Source: Opitutia bacterium (GTDB taxonomy: Bacteria; Verrucomicrobiota; Verrucomicrobiia; Opitutales; Seribacteraceae). From it: 64,000 nucleotides of DNA. The position numbers were made by a program, and so were the translations under genes. Below, piece by piece: positions 21,855 to 31,422 of this stretch; the first letter of the stretch is position 1, and each line of letters opens with the position of its first letter. Where the stretch lies: positions 213 to 64,212 of the forward strand of contig PCBO01000062.1 of the NCBI GenBank assembly GCA_002730975.1, given 5' to 3'. The notes below the pieces were generated by a model. That model was given only the letters and a program-made list of their open reading frames with translations, searched no databases and was not told where the DNA came from.

Positions 21855-22715
21855 TTAAAGTCCAAGTAATCGGTTCATCAAAACCGCGGTTTTGTCGTCA
21901 CCACCGTCACCGCCTTCGCGAGTCACCCAACCCGAAAACTCGATATTCGATAATTCCCTGCGAACTTGCATCCAGTCGACGTCACCTTTTCCGAGTGGGC
22001 AAAAACCATTCTTCACTCCCCAGTCCTTGACGTCCAATTTAACGATTCGTGATCCAAGTACGCGAATCCATTCATGACTAGGGGCAAACTTCTGCATATT
22101 GCCGATATCATAGTAGGCTCCTACCCAAGGGTTATCGATTGCATCGAGATAGTCGCGAAATTGCTCCGGTTTGTAACAGAAACCATTCCAAACTGTCTCG
22201 ATGAGAACCCGGATTCCCAAGTGACTCGCCAACGGCAAGACCTTGCGGATCTCAGTAATGGAGCGCTCCCAGACTTGGTCGTGAGTCTCGTCCTTACCCT
22301 TCACCGCCCCCGGCACGAGGAGGACGGAAGAACCACCCACCTCCTTGGACTCGCGAATAGCGTCCTCAAGACCCTTGCGTCCCATATCGCGAACTTGCTC
22401 ATTGGGCGAGGACAGACGCATCTTCCAGTGTTTATTATAGACCACTCCGTGCATCGGAAGTTCTACTTCGGAACAAGCCTTCTTCAACCCGGCGAGATCC
22501 ATTCCCGGGGCCGAACCTTCCACTCCGTCGAACCCCAAGTCCTTCAATTTTTTAAGGCGATCAAGATTCACTTTGCCCCCGTACTTGACCGACTTGTAAA
22601 TTCGTCCGCGAAACTCCGGTTTTTGATCTTTCTCGACTTCTTGGGCGTTCAAGGTGCTGAAAGTACCAGCCAAACCAACGGCACCCGATTTCTTAATAAA
22701 TTCTCGTCGCTTCAT
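21855..22715 (-). CDS. Tat-exported sugar phosphate isomerase/epimerase (xylose-isomerase-like TIM barrel)
   Basis: Twin-arginine signal MKRREFIKKSGAVGLAG. TIM-barrel motifs (GFDGVE, LIETVWN, YYDIGN, VKLDVKDW). Confidence 0.8.
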   Translation of the reverse strand: MKRREFIKKSGAVGLAGTFSTLNAQEVEKDQKPEFRGRIYKSVKYGGKVNLDRLKKLKDLGFDGVEGSAPGMDLAGLKKACSEVELPMHGVVYNKHWKMRLSSPNEQVRDMGRKGLEDAIRESKEVGGSSVLLVPGAVKGKDETHDQVWERSITEIRKVLPLASHLGIRVLIETVWNGFCYKPEQFRDYLDAIDNPWVGAYYDIGNMQKFAPSHEWIRVLGSRIVKLDVKDWGVKNGFCPLGKGDVDWMQVRRELSNIEFSGWVTREGGDGGDDKTAVLMNRLLGL

Positions 22716-22748
22716 ATTTTTTAGTCTTGGGGATTAATAAAAAGGAAA

Positions 22749-24290
22749 CTACCTCATTGGGAGAAGAATGGAAGCAGGCAAAATCATGAACAAGCCAAGT
22801 AATGAAATAGCCGTCAACAAAACAGACCAAGTCTTCAAAGTTTCCTTTTCCGTGAATCCACTCAATCGTTGAACCACCCAGAAACCGCTATCGTTCATCC
22901 AAGAAAGTGTTATTGAGCCGAAACCAATCGCCAAAAAAATATAGACCGGATGGTAAGCCAAGTCCGAACCATCGCCGATTACGGCGGACATCAAGCCCAC
23001 TCCGGTTATCATCGCAACAGTTGCGGATCCTTGAGCAATACGAACCACTGCCGTGGCCAACCAAGCCAGCAGAACATAGGAAATATTGAATTCTTTCGCC
23101 ATTGCTTCGATGACGTCCCCTACCCCGGCGAGACGAATCATACCTCCAAATGCACCTCCAGCTCCGGTTATTAAAATGATTACACCCGCAGTACCAAGTG
23201 GACCTTCTAAAGCTGAACTCAGTTTTTTGGAAAGATCATCTCCGGCTCCTCGATGCTCATGAGCCAACTGTTTGCCAAGAAGCCATATCGCGATTCCAGC
23301 AGCACAAGACATGGCCACGTTCGGGTTCCCGAAAAAGGACAAGTATTCAAAGAAAGAAAGGTAACCTTCAGAATTTAGAAAGCTTCCCTCTTCGGCTGTC
23401 TTCATAAGTAGTTTCAATACGGAAACGAGGGAGATTAAGACAACGGGCAAGGCAATGGGAAGAGAGGAAAAGAAAAGGTGCGGCAACTCATCGTCCTTTT
23501 TGTCGACGATCTTGCGGAGTTCTTCCTTGGAGGTTCCTGCAGCGTCTCGCATAGGAATCTGATACTTGGTGTCAAACCAAGCTGCCATTTTAAGAACCAA
23601 AAAAGCAGGCAAGAGACTAGCCACCAGCCCTGCCATCATGGCATAGCCCAGATCCAGTTTCAGTCCGTCCGCAATCATGAGAGGTCCTGGAGTGGGAGGC
23701 ACCATGGAATGAGTAATTGCACCTGCTCCCGCCATGGCCATTACGTACATGGTATAACTTTTTCCCGTTCGCAGGGCTAACGCTCGAGCCAAGGGAATGA
23801 GCAAAAAGAAGACCGTGTCGAAAAAAACCGGTATCGAGAGTAGAAAGCCACTAAGCAAGAGTACTATGCCGGCTCGCTTTGCGCCAAAAACTCGCATAAG
23901 AGAGCGCACCACTCGATCAGCTGCCCCACTACCCATCATACAAGTTCCGATGATTGCCGCCAATGCCACAACGAGTCCGATTCCACCCGCGGTATCACCG
24001 AAACCCATTAAAGACCATGTTACTGCCTTACCTAAATCACTTGTGGCTTCACCAGAGGTGTCGTCCAATTGAACCCGAGAATGAAAAAGACCTTTGTTCT
24101 CAGTAGTCAACTCCGGCAGGGGACCCGTCATCAATCCGACAAGGATCGCAGCGAGCATCAAGGTAAGGAAGGGATGAAGCTTCAGTTTCGTTATACCTAC
24201 AACTACCCAAACTACACTGACTCCAAGAATGACTAGCGGCCAAGTATCGATATTGGAAGATGCAGTGAATTCAAGGATTGGAAGGTTCAT
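22749..24290 (-). CDS. GntP-family (gluconate/sugar-acid:H+) permease
   Basis: About 12-14 TM segments. GntP-like motifs: PPTPGP, GGAFGG and C-terminal NDSGFW. Confidence 0.85.
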   Translation of the reverse strand: MNLPILEFTASSNIDTWPLVILGVSVVWVVVGITKLKLHPFLTLMLAAILVGLMTGPLPELTTENKGLFHSRVQLDDTSGEATSDLGKAVTWSLMGFGDTAGGIGLVVALAAIIGTCMMGSGAADRVVRSLMRVFGAKRAGIVLLLSGFLLSIPVFFDTVFFLLIPLARALALRTGKSYTMYVMAMAGAGAITHSMVPPTPGPLMIADGLKLDLGYAMMAGLVASLLPAFLVLKMAAWFDTKYQIPMRDAAGTSKEELRKIVDKKDDELPHLFFSSLPIALPVVLISLVSVLKLLMKTAEEGSFLNSEGYLSFFEYLSFFGNPNVAMSCAAGIAIWLLGKQLAHEHRGAGDDLSKKLSSALEGPLGTAGVIILITGAGGAFGGMIRLAGVGDVIEAMAKEFNISYVLLAWLATAVVRIAQGSATVAMITGVGLMSAVIGDGSDLAYHPVYIFLAIGFGSITLSWMNDSGFWVVQRLSGFTEKETLKTWSVLLTAISLLGLFMILPASILLPMR

Positions 24291-24397
24291 AACGACTCTA
24301 CGTATTCGATAAACAAGGTTTGAAAATACTCAAAACCGTAAACGGAGAACTGCAAACCGTAAATTCAAAGACCAAATGAGTTTGTTCAAAAGAAGAC

Positions 24398-25429
24398 CTA
24401 AGGTTGCAACACGACTTTCAGGAGTCCTTCGGTGTTCTTTCGCAAACGATCGAACCAAGATGCACCGTCCTTTAGGTCGACCACTGCGCTAATGATGGGG
24501 TCTACCTTGATTTTCCCTGAAGCCACAGCCTCGAGAGCCAAAGAATATTCACCGGCGGAAGCACAGGAACCCAAAACCGCCAGTTCGCGCGTTACTACGG
24601 ACTGCAAAGGAAAATTAATTTCAGGGGCCAAGTTGCCGACCAAACAGGTCGCCCCACCCTTGCGTAACACGTCTATTGCCAAACAGACGGTATCGGTAAC
24701 TCCCACTGCCTCTACGGAAACATGAGCACCCTCGCCATCTGTTGCATCCTTAACAGCGCCCACAATGTCGTCTTTTCCCGGAACGAGTGTTTGATCTGCC
24801 CCAAGCTCCCTAGCCAAAGCCAATTTGTCCTCAGCCAAATCTATGGCGAAAACATAATCACAACCGGCTGCCTTTAGAGCTTGGACAAGAAACAGTCCAA
24901 TCATTCCTGTTCCGACTACCACTCCAGTTTCTCCACTCGAGATCGGGAGACGACTCACTCCGTGTAGAGCAATTGATACTGGTTCAGCCAATGCAGCTTG
25001 CTCAAAACTCACTCCATTCGGAATGGAACACACTCCAAAATGCGGGACCACAACCCTATCTGCAAAGGCGCCGTGACGCCTGTAATCTTCGCAAGAAACG
25101 CCAATCACCTGACGATTACCACAAAGATTAACTAAACCTTTCTCGCAATAATGGCACTCCCCGCAATAGGTAGTTGAGTCAAAGGTAACTCGGTCTCCGG
25201 ATTTCCACTCCGTCACCTCGTCACCTACTTCGACAACCACACCGGAAGCCTCGTGTCCCATGATGATCGGAGGTCGACGGCGACCTGTGCTGCCATCCAT
25301 GCCGTGCACGTCGCTGCCACATATTCCGCATGCCTTGACGTCGACGAGAACGTCTTTTTTTCCAACGATTGGATCCGTAGCGTCTCCGTACTCGAATTTT
25401 TTGTAATCTACAAGGGTGAGTGCCTTCAT
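24398..25429 (-). CDS. zinc-dependent medium-chain alcohol/polyol dehydrogenase (sorbitol/L-iditol dehydrogenase-like)
   Basis: GICGSDVH, GHEASGVV, structural-zinc Cys cluster CGECHYCEKGLVNLC, GTGMIG Rossmann motif. The MKALTL start (25429) is preferred over the track start at 25486. Confidence 0.85.
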   Translation of the reverse strand: MKALTLVDYKKFEYGDATDPIVGKKDVLVDVKACGICGSDVHGMDGSTGRRRPPIIMGHEASGVVVEVGDEVTEWKSGDRVTFDSTTYCGECHYCEKGLVNLCGNRQVIGVSCEDYRRHGAFADRVVVPHFGVCSIPNGVSFEQAALAEPVSIALHGVSRLPISSGETGVVVGTGMIGLFLVQALKAAGCDYVFAIDLAEDKLALARELGADQTLVPGKDDIVGAVKDATDGEGAHVSVEAVGVTDTVCLAIDVLRKGGATCLVGNLAPEINFPLQSVVTRELAVLGSCASAGEYSLALEAVASGKIKVDPIISAVVDLKDGASWFDRLRKNTEGLLKVVLQP

Positions 25430-25496
25430 TGATGCACTGTTACGCGAAGTCAAAGCACCTAACAACGCCAAAGTGAAAAGAGTCAAAGCCTAGAAT

Positions 25497-26642
25497 CTAT
25501 CTCACCTCAAACGAACCGTCGGGACACCTAGAGACCAGTCGCTTCAGTTCCAGCATGGTAAGTGCCGCAGCCACCTGGTGGACAGGAAGATTTGTTCTTT
25601 CACACAGGCTATCGGAAGTAAGTATGGACCCGTCCTTCAGGCAGGCGTAAAGCGTGCCTTCGGCAGGGGACAGATCGTCGGGAACAGCCTTGCCGGAAGA
25701 AGCGTCGGAATCGCCGTCCGAAACCGAACTAGCCCAAGACAGGCCCAAACTCGGAGCAATTTCCTCGATTACCTGTTCGGCATGGGTCACTAGAGTGGCG
25801 CCGTCGCGAATAAGCTTGTGGCAACCGACCGCGGTGGGTTGATCGGCTCGACCGGGCACGGCGAACACTTGCCTACCCTGCTCGCCCGCAAAGCGAGCAG
25901 TAATCATGCTGCCACCGACCGCCGAGGATTCTACCACGACAACTCCCGCGCACATTCCTGCAACTACGCGATTGCGCATGGGGAAGGTCTGTCGGTCAGC
26001 CCGTCGGCCAAAGGGAAACTCTGAAACCACTGCCCCCGTCTCAACGATGCGACGATAAAGATCCAAATGTTCCGGTGGATAAATAATATCTATACCGCAA
26101 CCGAAAACCGCAACAGTTCTGCCACTAGCATTCAAGGCTCCCTCGTGTGCAGCGGCATCGATCCCTCGAGCCATACCACTAACAACACAAAAACCAATAT
26201 TCGCCAACCCGGAAGCGATCTCACGAGCCATGTTTTGCCCATAAAGCGTGGGCAGCCGAGTTCCGACGATAGCGACACAGGGTTCGCTAGGAGAAGTACC
26301 CTGGCAATAGAGACCTATAGGGGGGTCAAAAGTCTCAAGGAGTGCTTGAGGATAATCCCCTTCCTCGACTGTTATGAAACGAGCCCCATGTTTAGCGATT
26401 CGGCCGCGTTCCAGCTCCAACCAATTGCCATCTCTCCAGCCACGGATGCCCGAAGTCGCTTTTTTGCCTACACCTTTGACGCTCATCAATTCCGCTTCCG
26501 ATGAATGAAGAATCAATACGGGGTCCTCGTTAAATCTCTCCAGCAACCTTCGGAGCATAACCGGACCTACGCCTTGCATTCCATTCAGTACGATAAAGGC
26601 GTCCTTACGAGTCATATCCTCAATAGACTTGGTCACAAACAA
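25497..26642 (-). CDS. dprA: DNA-processing protein DprA
   Basis: IVGTR, VVSGMARGIDAAAHEGAL, PGR..Q..GCH.LIRDGA motifs and C-terminal winged-helix-like tail. Confidence 0.9.
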   Translation of the reverse strand: MFVTKSIEDMTRKDAFIVLNGMQGVGPVMLRRLLERFNEDPVLILHSSEAELMSVKGVGKKATSGIRGWRDGNWLELERGRIAKHGARFITVEEGDYPQALLETFDPPIGLYCQGTSPSEPCVAIVGTRLPTLYGQNMAREIASGLANIGFCVVSGMARGIDAAAHEGALNASGRTVAVFGCGIDIIYPPEHLDLYRRIVETGAVVSEFPFGRRADRQTFPMRNRVVAGMCAGVVVVESSAVGGSMITARFAGEQGRQVFAVPGRADQPTAVGCHKLIRDGATLVTHAEQVIEEIAPSLGLSWASSVSDGDSDASSGKAVPDDLSPAEGTLYACLKDGSILTSDSLCERTNLPVHQVAAALTMLELKRLVSRCPDGSFEVR

Positions 26643-26712
26643 AATAGGAAGATTTACTTACTTGTAAATGCCAAGCAAAATAAATTACTTTGCATGAGGA
26701 TACGATCTTTGC

Positions 26713-27213
26713 ATGTTACAAGAGATGGCATGCCGCGTTGAGATTGTCGCTTTATTCATTTCAGAAGGACATGACTTTAAAGGCCGCCACGGTTTAGGTA
26801 GGTCTCATAATGAAGTATCTTCGCAAGAAAGAGTGGAATGCATAACGGGCAAAGGAATCAGGGGAGATCGTTATTTCGGCTATAAAAACAACTACAAGGC
26901 ACAGGTTACATTTTTTGACGAATCCGTCCATGAATCCGTGCAAAAGAAATTCAGCTCAAATCATACCCCTGACTTATACCGCCGAAACATTTACACACGC
27001 GGGTTGAACTTAAATACCCTTATAGGCAAATCCTTCAAGCTTGGTGAGATTGAATTCGAAGGCGTACAGGAATGCACTCCATGCTACTGGATGGACGAAG
27101 TCGTAGCTCCGGGAACCGAAAAGTTCCTGATGGGACAAGGAGGACTACGGACTCGCGTTTTAAGTGATGGATACATGCGACTGGGAAAAGTCGAATTGAT
27201 CATCCACTCGTGA
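26713..27213 (+). CDS. MOSC domain-containing protein
   Basis: Small beta-barrel protein with GIRGDRY and the conserved Cys motif CTPCYWMD typical of MOSC domains. Confidence 0.8.
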   Translation: MLQEMACRVEIVALFISEGHDFKGRHGLGRSHNEVSSQERVECITGKGIRGDRYFGYKNNYKAQVTFFDESVHESVQKKFSSNHTPDLYRRNIYTRGLNLNTLIGKSFKLGEIEFEGVQECTPCYWMDEVVAPGTEKFLMGQGGLRTRVLSDGYMRLGKVELIIHS

Positions 27214-27266
27214 ATCAGACGATGCATGGTAGTTCGGCGAACAGGCAAAGCCACCGACAAAACTAC

Positions 27267-27515
27267 TTAAGGTCGCAACTCGTTGAGAATGTTCATTCGT
27301 GATGGATGCCTAAGTTTTCTCAGGGCTCTAGCCTCGATCTGGCGGACTCGCTCACGAGTAACGCCCATAATGCCACCGATTTCCTCTAGAGTCAGGTTGC
27401 GACCAGGGCAATTAGCGGACACCCAAATACACGCCTTGCGAAGGCGCTCATCAGTAGTGCCGTGAAAACGGGGCACTACCATTGTATCAATTTCGGTCCC
27501 CAACTTAATCGCCAT
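27267..27515 (-). CDS. stand-alone sigma-70 region 4 (4.2 HTH) mini-protein
   Basis: 82 aa. [32 protein letters not shown] is almost identical to the extreme C-terminus (region 4.2) of primary sigma factors. Regions 1-3 are absent. An imperfect inverted repeat (27570-27600) lies in its upstream gap. Confidence 0.7.
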   Translation of the reverse strand: MAIKLGTEIDTMVVPRFHGTTDERLRKACIWVSANCPGRNLTLEEIGGIMGVTRERVRQIEARALRKLRHPSRMNILNELRP

Positions 27516-27674
27516 AATCTTACCAAATTATAGAATTCCAGAAGGCAGGTCGTTCACTTTACAACTCAACGCTATTCTGTACTTACAATAGAATATAGCG
27601 CCAAAAAGCACAAGTTACCAAATAAGGAGGACTTTTTTTTCGGAAAAGACGGAAAGGAACTATTCAGTAACAAC

Positions 27675-28727
27675 CTACTCGCCCCAATTCCCTAAAGCCA
27701 AAGGGTGTCCGGGTTCCATGTCGCAAGTAGCCGCTTTACCAAGGACCTCATCCCAAAGAGCCGGCGATAAACCATCGGAAGGGCGAGCGATACGCAAATT
27801 CTCAGGAGTGAGCTCCTCTCCTTTACGAATTGAACTGGAGACGAAGATGGAGCGGCGGAAGCGGCGGGAGGGATGATTATCGTCCTTTAAGCCGATTCTC
27901 GCTTCTCCCAACGAGGCATGAGCCGAGTGTACGGCATTAACCATGTCTTGAAACTCATGAGGTTCCATGGAGAAACCGGCATCAATGGAACCGTCATTTC
28001 GATCGAGAACAAGATGCTTCTCAATCAATCGGGCACCAAGGGTGGTCGCCACGACAGGTACTATGTGCCCCGATGAATGATCGGAAAGCCCTGAAAGCAC
28101 ATTGAACTTAGCGGCTAAGTCTACTAGGCTGGCAAGGTGGAAATCCTTGGGACTGGCAGGGTATTGGCTAACGCATTGGAGTAGAATGATTAGAGGACAT
28201 CCCTCGGTCTGGAGGAGGGCAACGGCTTCTCCGATTTCATCGCTGGTCGATGCGCCGACACTTGCCGCCACCGGCTTACCGGTCTGAGCAATCTTCCGAA
28301 GCAAGGGAAAGTGGTTCAGTTCGAAGGATGCGATTTTGTGAAGTGGGGGATCTATGGATGCTTCTAAGAAATCAACGGCGGTATCGTCGAAAGGAGAGCT
28401 AAAAAGCGCCATACCATGTTCGGCGGCTCGTTCATTCAATTGAGGATGCCATTCCCAGGGTGTCATGGCTTCAGCGTAGAGATCGGTGAGATATCGTCCC
28501 GCCCAAAGCCCTTCGGTAATCAAAAAACGATCCTCGCGAGAATTGATGGTTATTGTGTCTGGTCGATAGGTCTGAAGCTTAACCGCATCCGCTCCGGAAT
28601 CAGCCGCGGCATCAACGAGATTCAAGGCATGTTCTAGTTCGCCGCGATGATTTCCCGAAAGCTCAGCCACAACGACGGGCGGAAAGGAAGAGGAACGGAG
28701 AGTCTCTACGATGAGGTTGCCGTTCAT
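27675..28727 (-). CDS. pseI: pseudaminic acid synthase (NeuB family)
   Basis: AELSGNH, KLQTY.PD..T, GLW..R.L..LY....TPWEWH, SSPFD, KIASFE, GLSDHS, IEKH, plus a C-terminal SAF domain. Closely matches Campylobacter PseI as I recall it. Lies immediately downstream of pseB. Confidence 0.85.
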   Translation of the reverse strand: MNGNLIVETLRSSSFPPVVVAELSGNHRGELEHALNLVDAAADSGADAVKLQTYRPDTITINSREDRFLITEGLWAGRYLTDLYAEAMTPWEWHPQLNERAAEHGMALFSSPFDDTAVDFLEASIDPPLHKIASFELNHFPLLRKIAQTGKPVAASVGASTSDEIGEAVALLQTEGCPLIILLQCVSQYPASPKDFHLASLVDLAAKFNVLSGLSDHSSGHIVPVVATTLGARLIEKHLVLDRNDGSIDAGFSMEPHEFQDMVNAVHSAHASLGEARIGLKDDNHPSRRFRRSIFVSSSIRKGEELTPENLRIARPSDGLSPALWDEVLGKAATCDMEPGHPLALGNWGE

Positions 28728-28748
28728 TGAAAAACCGGGAACGCCGGC

Positions 28749-29753
28749 TTATTCCGATTCCCGCCGATTGGCAGGTAGGTATTCGGCGAGAAGGGCGGTC
28801 AACTGGTCCCTTGTGAAAGTTTCGCAATTACAGTTACTTGCATATCGGAAGCCTGGAGAACAAGAAACACCCCCAAGAATTCCAATCTTATTACCCCAGA
28901 AAGACTGGATGGGCTGGATAACAAAATGGTCATCGAATTCCAGAACGTTTCGAGCTTCGTCTTCGGGTATCAGTACCTCGTGAACCTTTTCGCCAGGTCG
29001 TAAACCCAATACTTCCCATTCGCAATCCGGAGCGACGACTTGGGCTATGTCCGAAACCGTACAAGCGGGAATCTTGGGAACGAATAACTCTCCCCCTACC
29101 ATATCGTCTAAACTTCGAAGAACAAACTCAACCCCCTGATCCAGAGTTATCAGAAAGCGCGTCATCTCGGGATCGGTCACGGTGATCTTTCCGTTTTCGC
29201 GTTGACGGCAAAAAAGAGGAATCACGCTTCCGCGCGATCCCACGACGTTGCCATAGCGAACGACCGAAAAAATGGTACCTCCCTCTCCCGCATAGCTATT
29301 GGCGGCAACGAAGACCTTGTCCGAGCAAAGCTTGGTCGCTCCATAAAGGTTAACCGGATTCACCGCTTTGTCCGTACTCAAAGCCACCACTTTTTTCACA
29401 CCGGCAGTCAATGCAGCCTCCACGATGTTCGTCGCCCCATTCACATTCGTCTTGATAAATTCGTGTGGGTTGTACTCAGCGGCGGGAACCTGTTTGAGAG
29501 CTGCTGAATGTATAACATAGTCCACTCCGCGCATGGCTCGATTCAAACGATCACCATCGCGGACATCACCGAGGAAAAAACGTAACGCAGAATTATCAAA
29601 CTCAGGTTTCGCTGCCATTTCAGACTGTTTCCACTCGTCTCGGGAATAGATGATGACACGATTGGGTTCGTAACGATCAAGAAGCGTCTTGATGAAACAT
29701 TGACCAAAGGAACCGGTACCTCCGGTAACAAGAATTGATTTGCCGTTTAACAT
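28749..29753 (-). CDS. pseB: UDP-N-acetylglucosamine 4,6-dehydratase (inverting)
   Basis: ILVTGGTGSFG, IIYSRDE.KQ.EM, GDVRD, HSAALK.VP.AEYNP, STDKAVNPVNLYGATK, RYGNVVGSRGSV, GE.FVPKIP. Start taken at MLNGKS (29753). The track extension to 29921 has no homology-like content. Confidence 0.9.
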   Translation of the reverse strand: MLNGKSILVTGGTGSFGQCFIKTLLDRYEPNRVIIYSRDEWKQSEMAAKPEFDNSALRFFLGDVRDGDRLNRAMRGVDYVIHSAALKQVPAAEYNPHEFIKTNVNGATNIVEAALTAGVKKVVALSTDKAVNPVNLYGATKLCSDKVFVAANSYAGEGGTIFSVVRYGNVVGSRGSVIPLFCRQRENGKITVTDPEMTRFLITLDQGVEFVLRSLDDMVGGELFVPKIPACTVSDIAQVVAPDCEWEVLGLRPGEKVHEVLIPEDEARNVLEFDDHFVIQPIQSFWGNKIGILGGVSCSPGFRYASNCNCETFTRDQLTALLAEYLPANRRESE

Positions 29754-29868
29754 GGCTAGATACCAATAAACCTTTTTATGCTCTCTTAGTCCATCCGAAA
29801 CGAGGAAGAACTCATCGCCCATAAGAAATTTGACAAACAGACCTCTTGTTGACCAAAACAGAAAATTC

Positions 29869-31422
29869 ATGAATTCTCCATGGCTATCAGAAACAAGTTC
29901 CACAGGAACTGTCTCAGCCATTATATTGGGCCCAATCGAGAAGTCTCTCCTCTCTTCCGAAGCCGAAATCTATTCCAAAGGTGTTCTCTGGATCGCACCT
30001 CCAAAAGAAAGATTGTCTTCCTCAGATCCTAAGAACATTCAATATTTGGATAGGAATTCCGAATCCACTAAGATTTCCGAGACCATCGACGAATTCATTC
30101 GCCTCCAATACGATAAACCACCCGCCGTCAAAGTCAGTCCACATATCTCGGAGGATGACGAAAATGCTTATACTTCAATCCTAGAACTCGTCATTTCTTC
30201 TATTGATTCTACACTAAGGGCTCGTCGAACAAGATCCGACACGGGCGTGTTGCGACAAGAACAGGTATTTCGGAACCTCGCAGGCTACCTTCGCTCACGC
30301 ATCCCCGAAAAGTGGAGAGATACAGCCCTAGGAAACCTAGCTGTGATCGTTGGAGCGGGCCCATCGCTGGACGTAACCTTGCCGCTAATTAAGAAAGGAT
30401 TCCCAAAACCGCTAGTGGTTGCCGCCGACAGTGCTCTTAGAGCTTTAAAAGATGCAGGGGTAAATCCTGACTTCGTAGTCAGCATCGATCCCGAAAAAAG
30501 TCACGATTCCTGCACCACCATTGACCATCGCCCTGGCATCGCAATTCTTTCCACGCAATCCCACTCCAGTTGGTCGCAACGCTGGGGAGACAAAGTACGC
30601 TATCTCTCTGGTAGAGTAATGACTGAAGATTGGCTATCAGCCAAGGGCATCCCAAAAACCAGTCTTCTTGCAGTGAACAACGCAGGACTGGCAGCAATGC
30701 TCGTCGCAGAATTCCTGAATCCGACCGCAATCATGCTTGTAGGAATGGATCTGGCCGGTGGGGGCGATGGTACCGATCGTTATGCTGAAAATACGGGACG
30801 ATCTCACATGCAAATCCTTACAAAGACCAGCCACAATGTCCCTGGGAATCATGCCGAAACCGTATCTACCCCTTTCCTTTCGGACTGGAGTGAAACATCT
30901 GAAACCTGCGCCCGCATCTCTCGTGGAAGAAATGTGATCAACCTCAATGATCGAGGAGCCTTATTGGAAGGTTCCATCGTAATACATCCCAAGCAAATTG
31001 ACGAGCTCAAGGAAGCCCTTTCCGAAACCCTTACACCCTACGAATCTGATACTGCCGTTTTTTCGGAACGCCGAGGCATTTCGGGGCAAGGTCTTGACCA
31101 AGTACTAACTATAATGGCTACCCGCTGCGACGAAGCTTGGAAAAACCTTCGACCACTCTTTGCCAAGCGAAAAGTCACAACCCAAGAAAAGCTTAGTTAT
31201 CTTCAAGAACTTCTGGGGAATCAGGACATTGCCACCTTGATTGGCGATTACTCCTTTGCCGTGATGCCGGAGATCGGTCCCGGGAAAAAACCTTCCTCGA
31301 AAGAATTGGAAATTAGAATCAAGGAACTCCGCCGTATCCTTTGGTTGCTGGAAGACGCCATGGTGGACGCCAAGCCTTCGAATGAATTCCTAACCCGACT
31401 CTTTACGGAAACCTTCGCCTAG
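29869..31422 (+). CDS. motility-accessory-factor (Maf)-like protein, DUF115/MptE-like domain (putative flagellin nonulosonic-acid transferase)
   Basis: VIVGAGPSLD followed by VVAADSALRALKDAGVNPDFVVSIDPE, the DUF115 core seen in Campylobacter/Helicobacter Maf proteins. Divergent from pseB. Start is ambiguous: TTG at 29830 or ATG at 29869. Confidence 0.7.
   Translation: MNSPWLSETSSTGTVSAIILGPIEKSLLSSEAEIYSKGVLWIAPPKERLSSSDPKNIQYLDRNSESTKISETIDEFIRLQYDKPPAVKVSPHISEDDENAYTSILELVISSIDSTLRARRTRSDTGVLRQEQVFRNLAGYLRSRIPEKWRDTALGNLAVIVGAGPSLDVTLPLIKKGFPKPLVVAADSALRALKDAGVNPDFVVSIDPEKSHDSCTTIDHRPGIAILSTQSHSSWSQRWGDKVRYLSGRVMTEDWLSAKGIPKTSLLAVNNAGLAAMLVAEFLNPTAIMLVGMDLAGGGDGTDRYAENTGRSHMQILTKTSHNVPGNHAETVSTPFLSDWSETSETCARISRGRNVINLNDRGALLEGSIVIHPKQIDELKEALSETLTPYESDTAVFSERRGISGQGLDQVLTIMATRCDEAWKNLRPLFAKRKVTTQEKLSYLQELLGNQDIATLIGDYSFAVMPEIGPGKKPSSKELEIRIKELRRILWLLEDAMVDAKPSNEFLTRLFTETFA

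Noticed and set aside
22074-22724. A 216-aa ORF antisense to the sugar-isomerase gene. Similar long shadow ORFs occur at 35410-35979, 39185-39748, 38675-39142, 39555-40115, 16335-16850, 15549-16016, 8486-8887, 11598-12083 and 42732-43217.
   Set aside because: Each lies wholly inside, or antisense to or out of frame with, a gene that has strong family motifs. Their translations are Arg/Ser/Pro/His-rich with no motifs. They are typical shadow ORFs.
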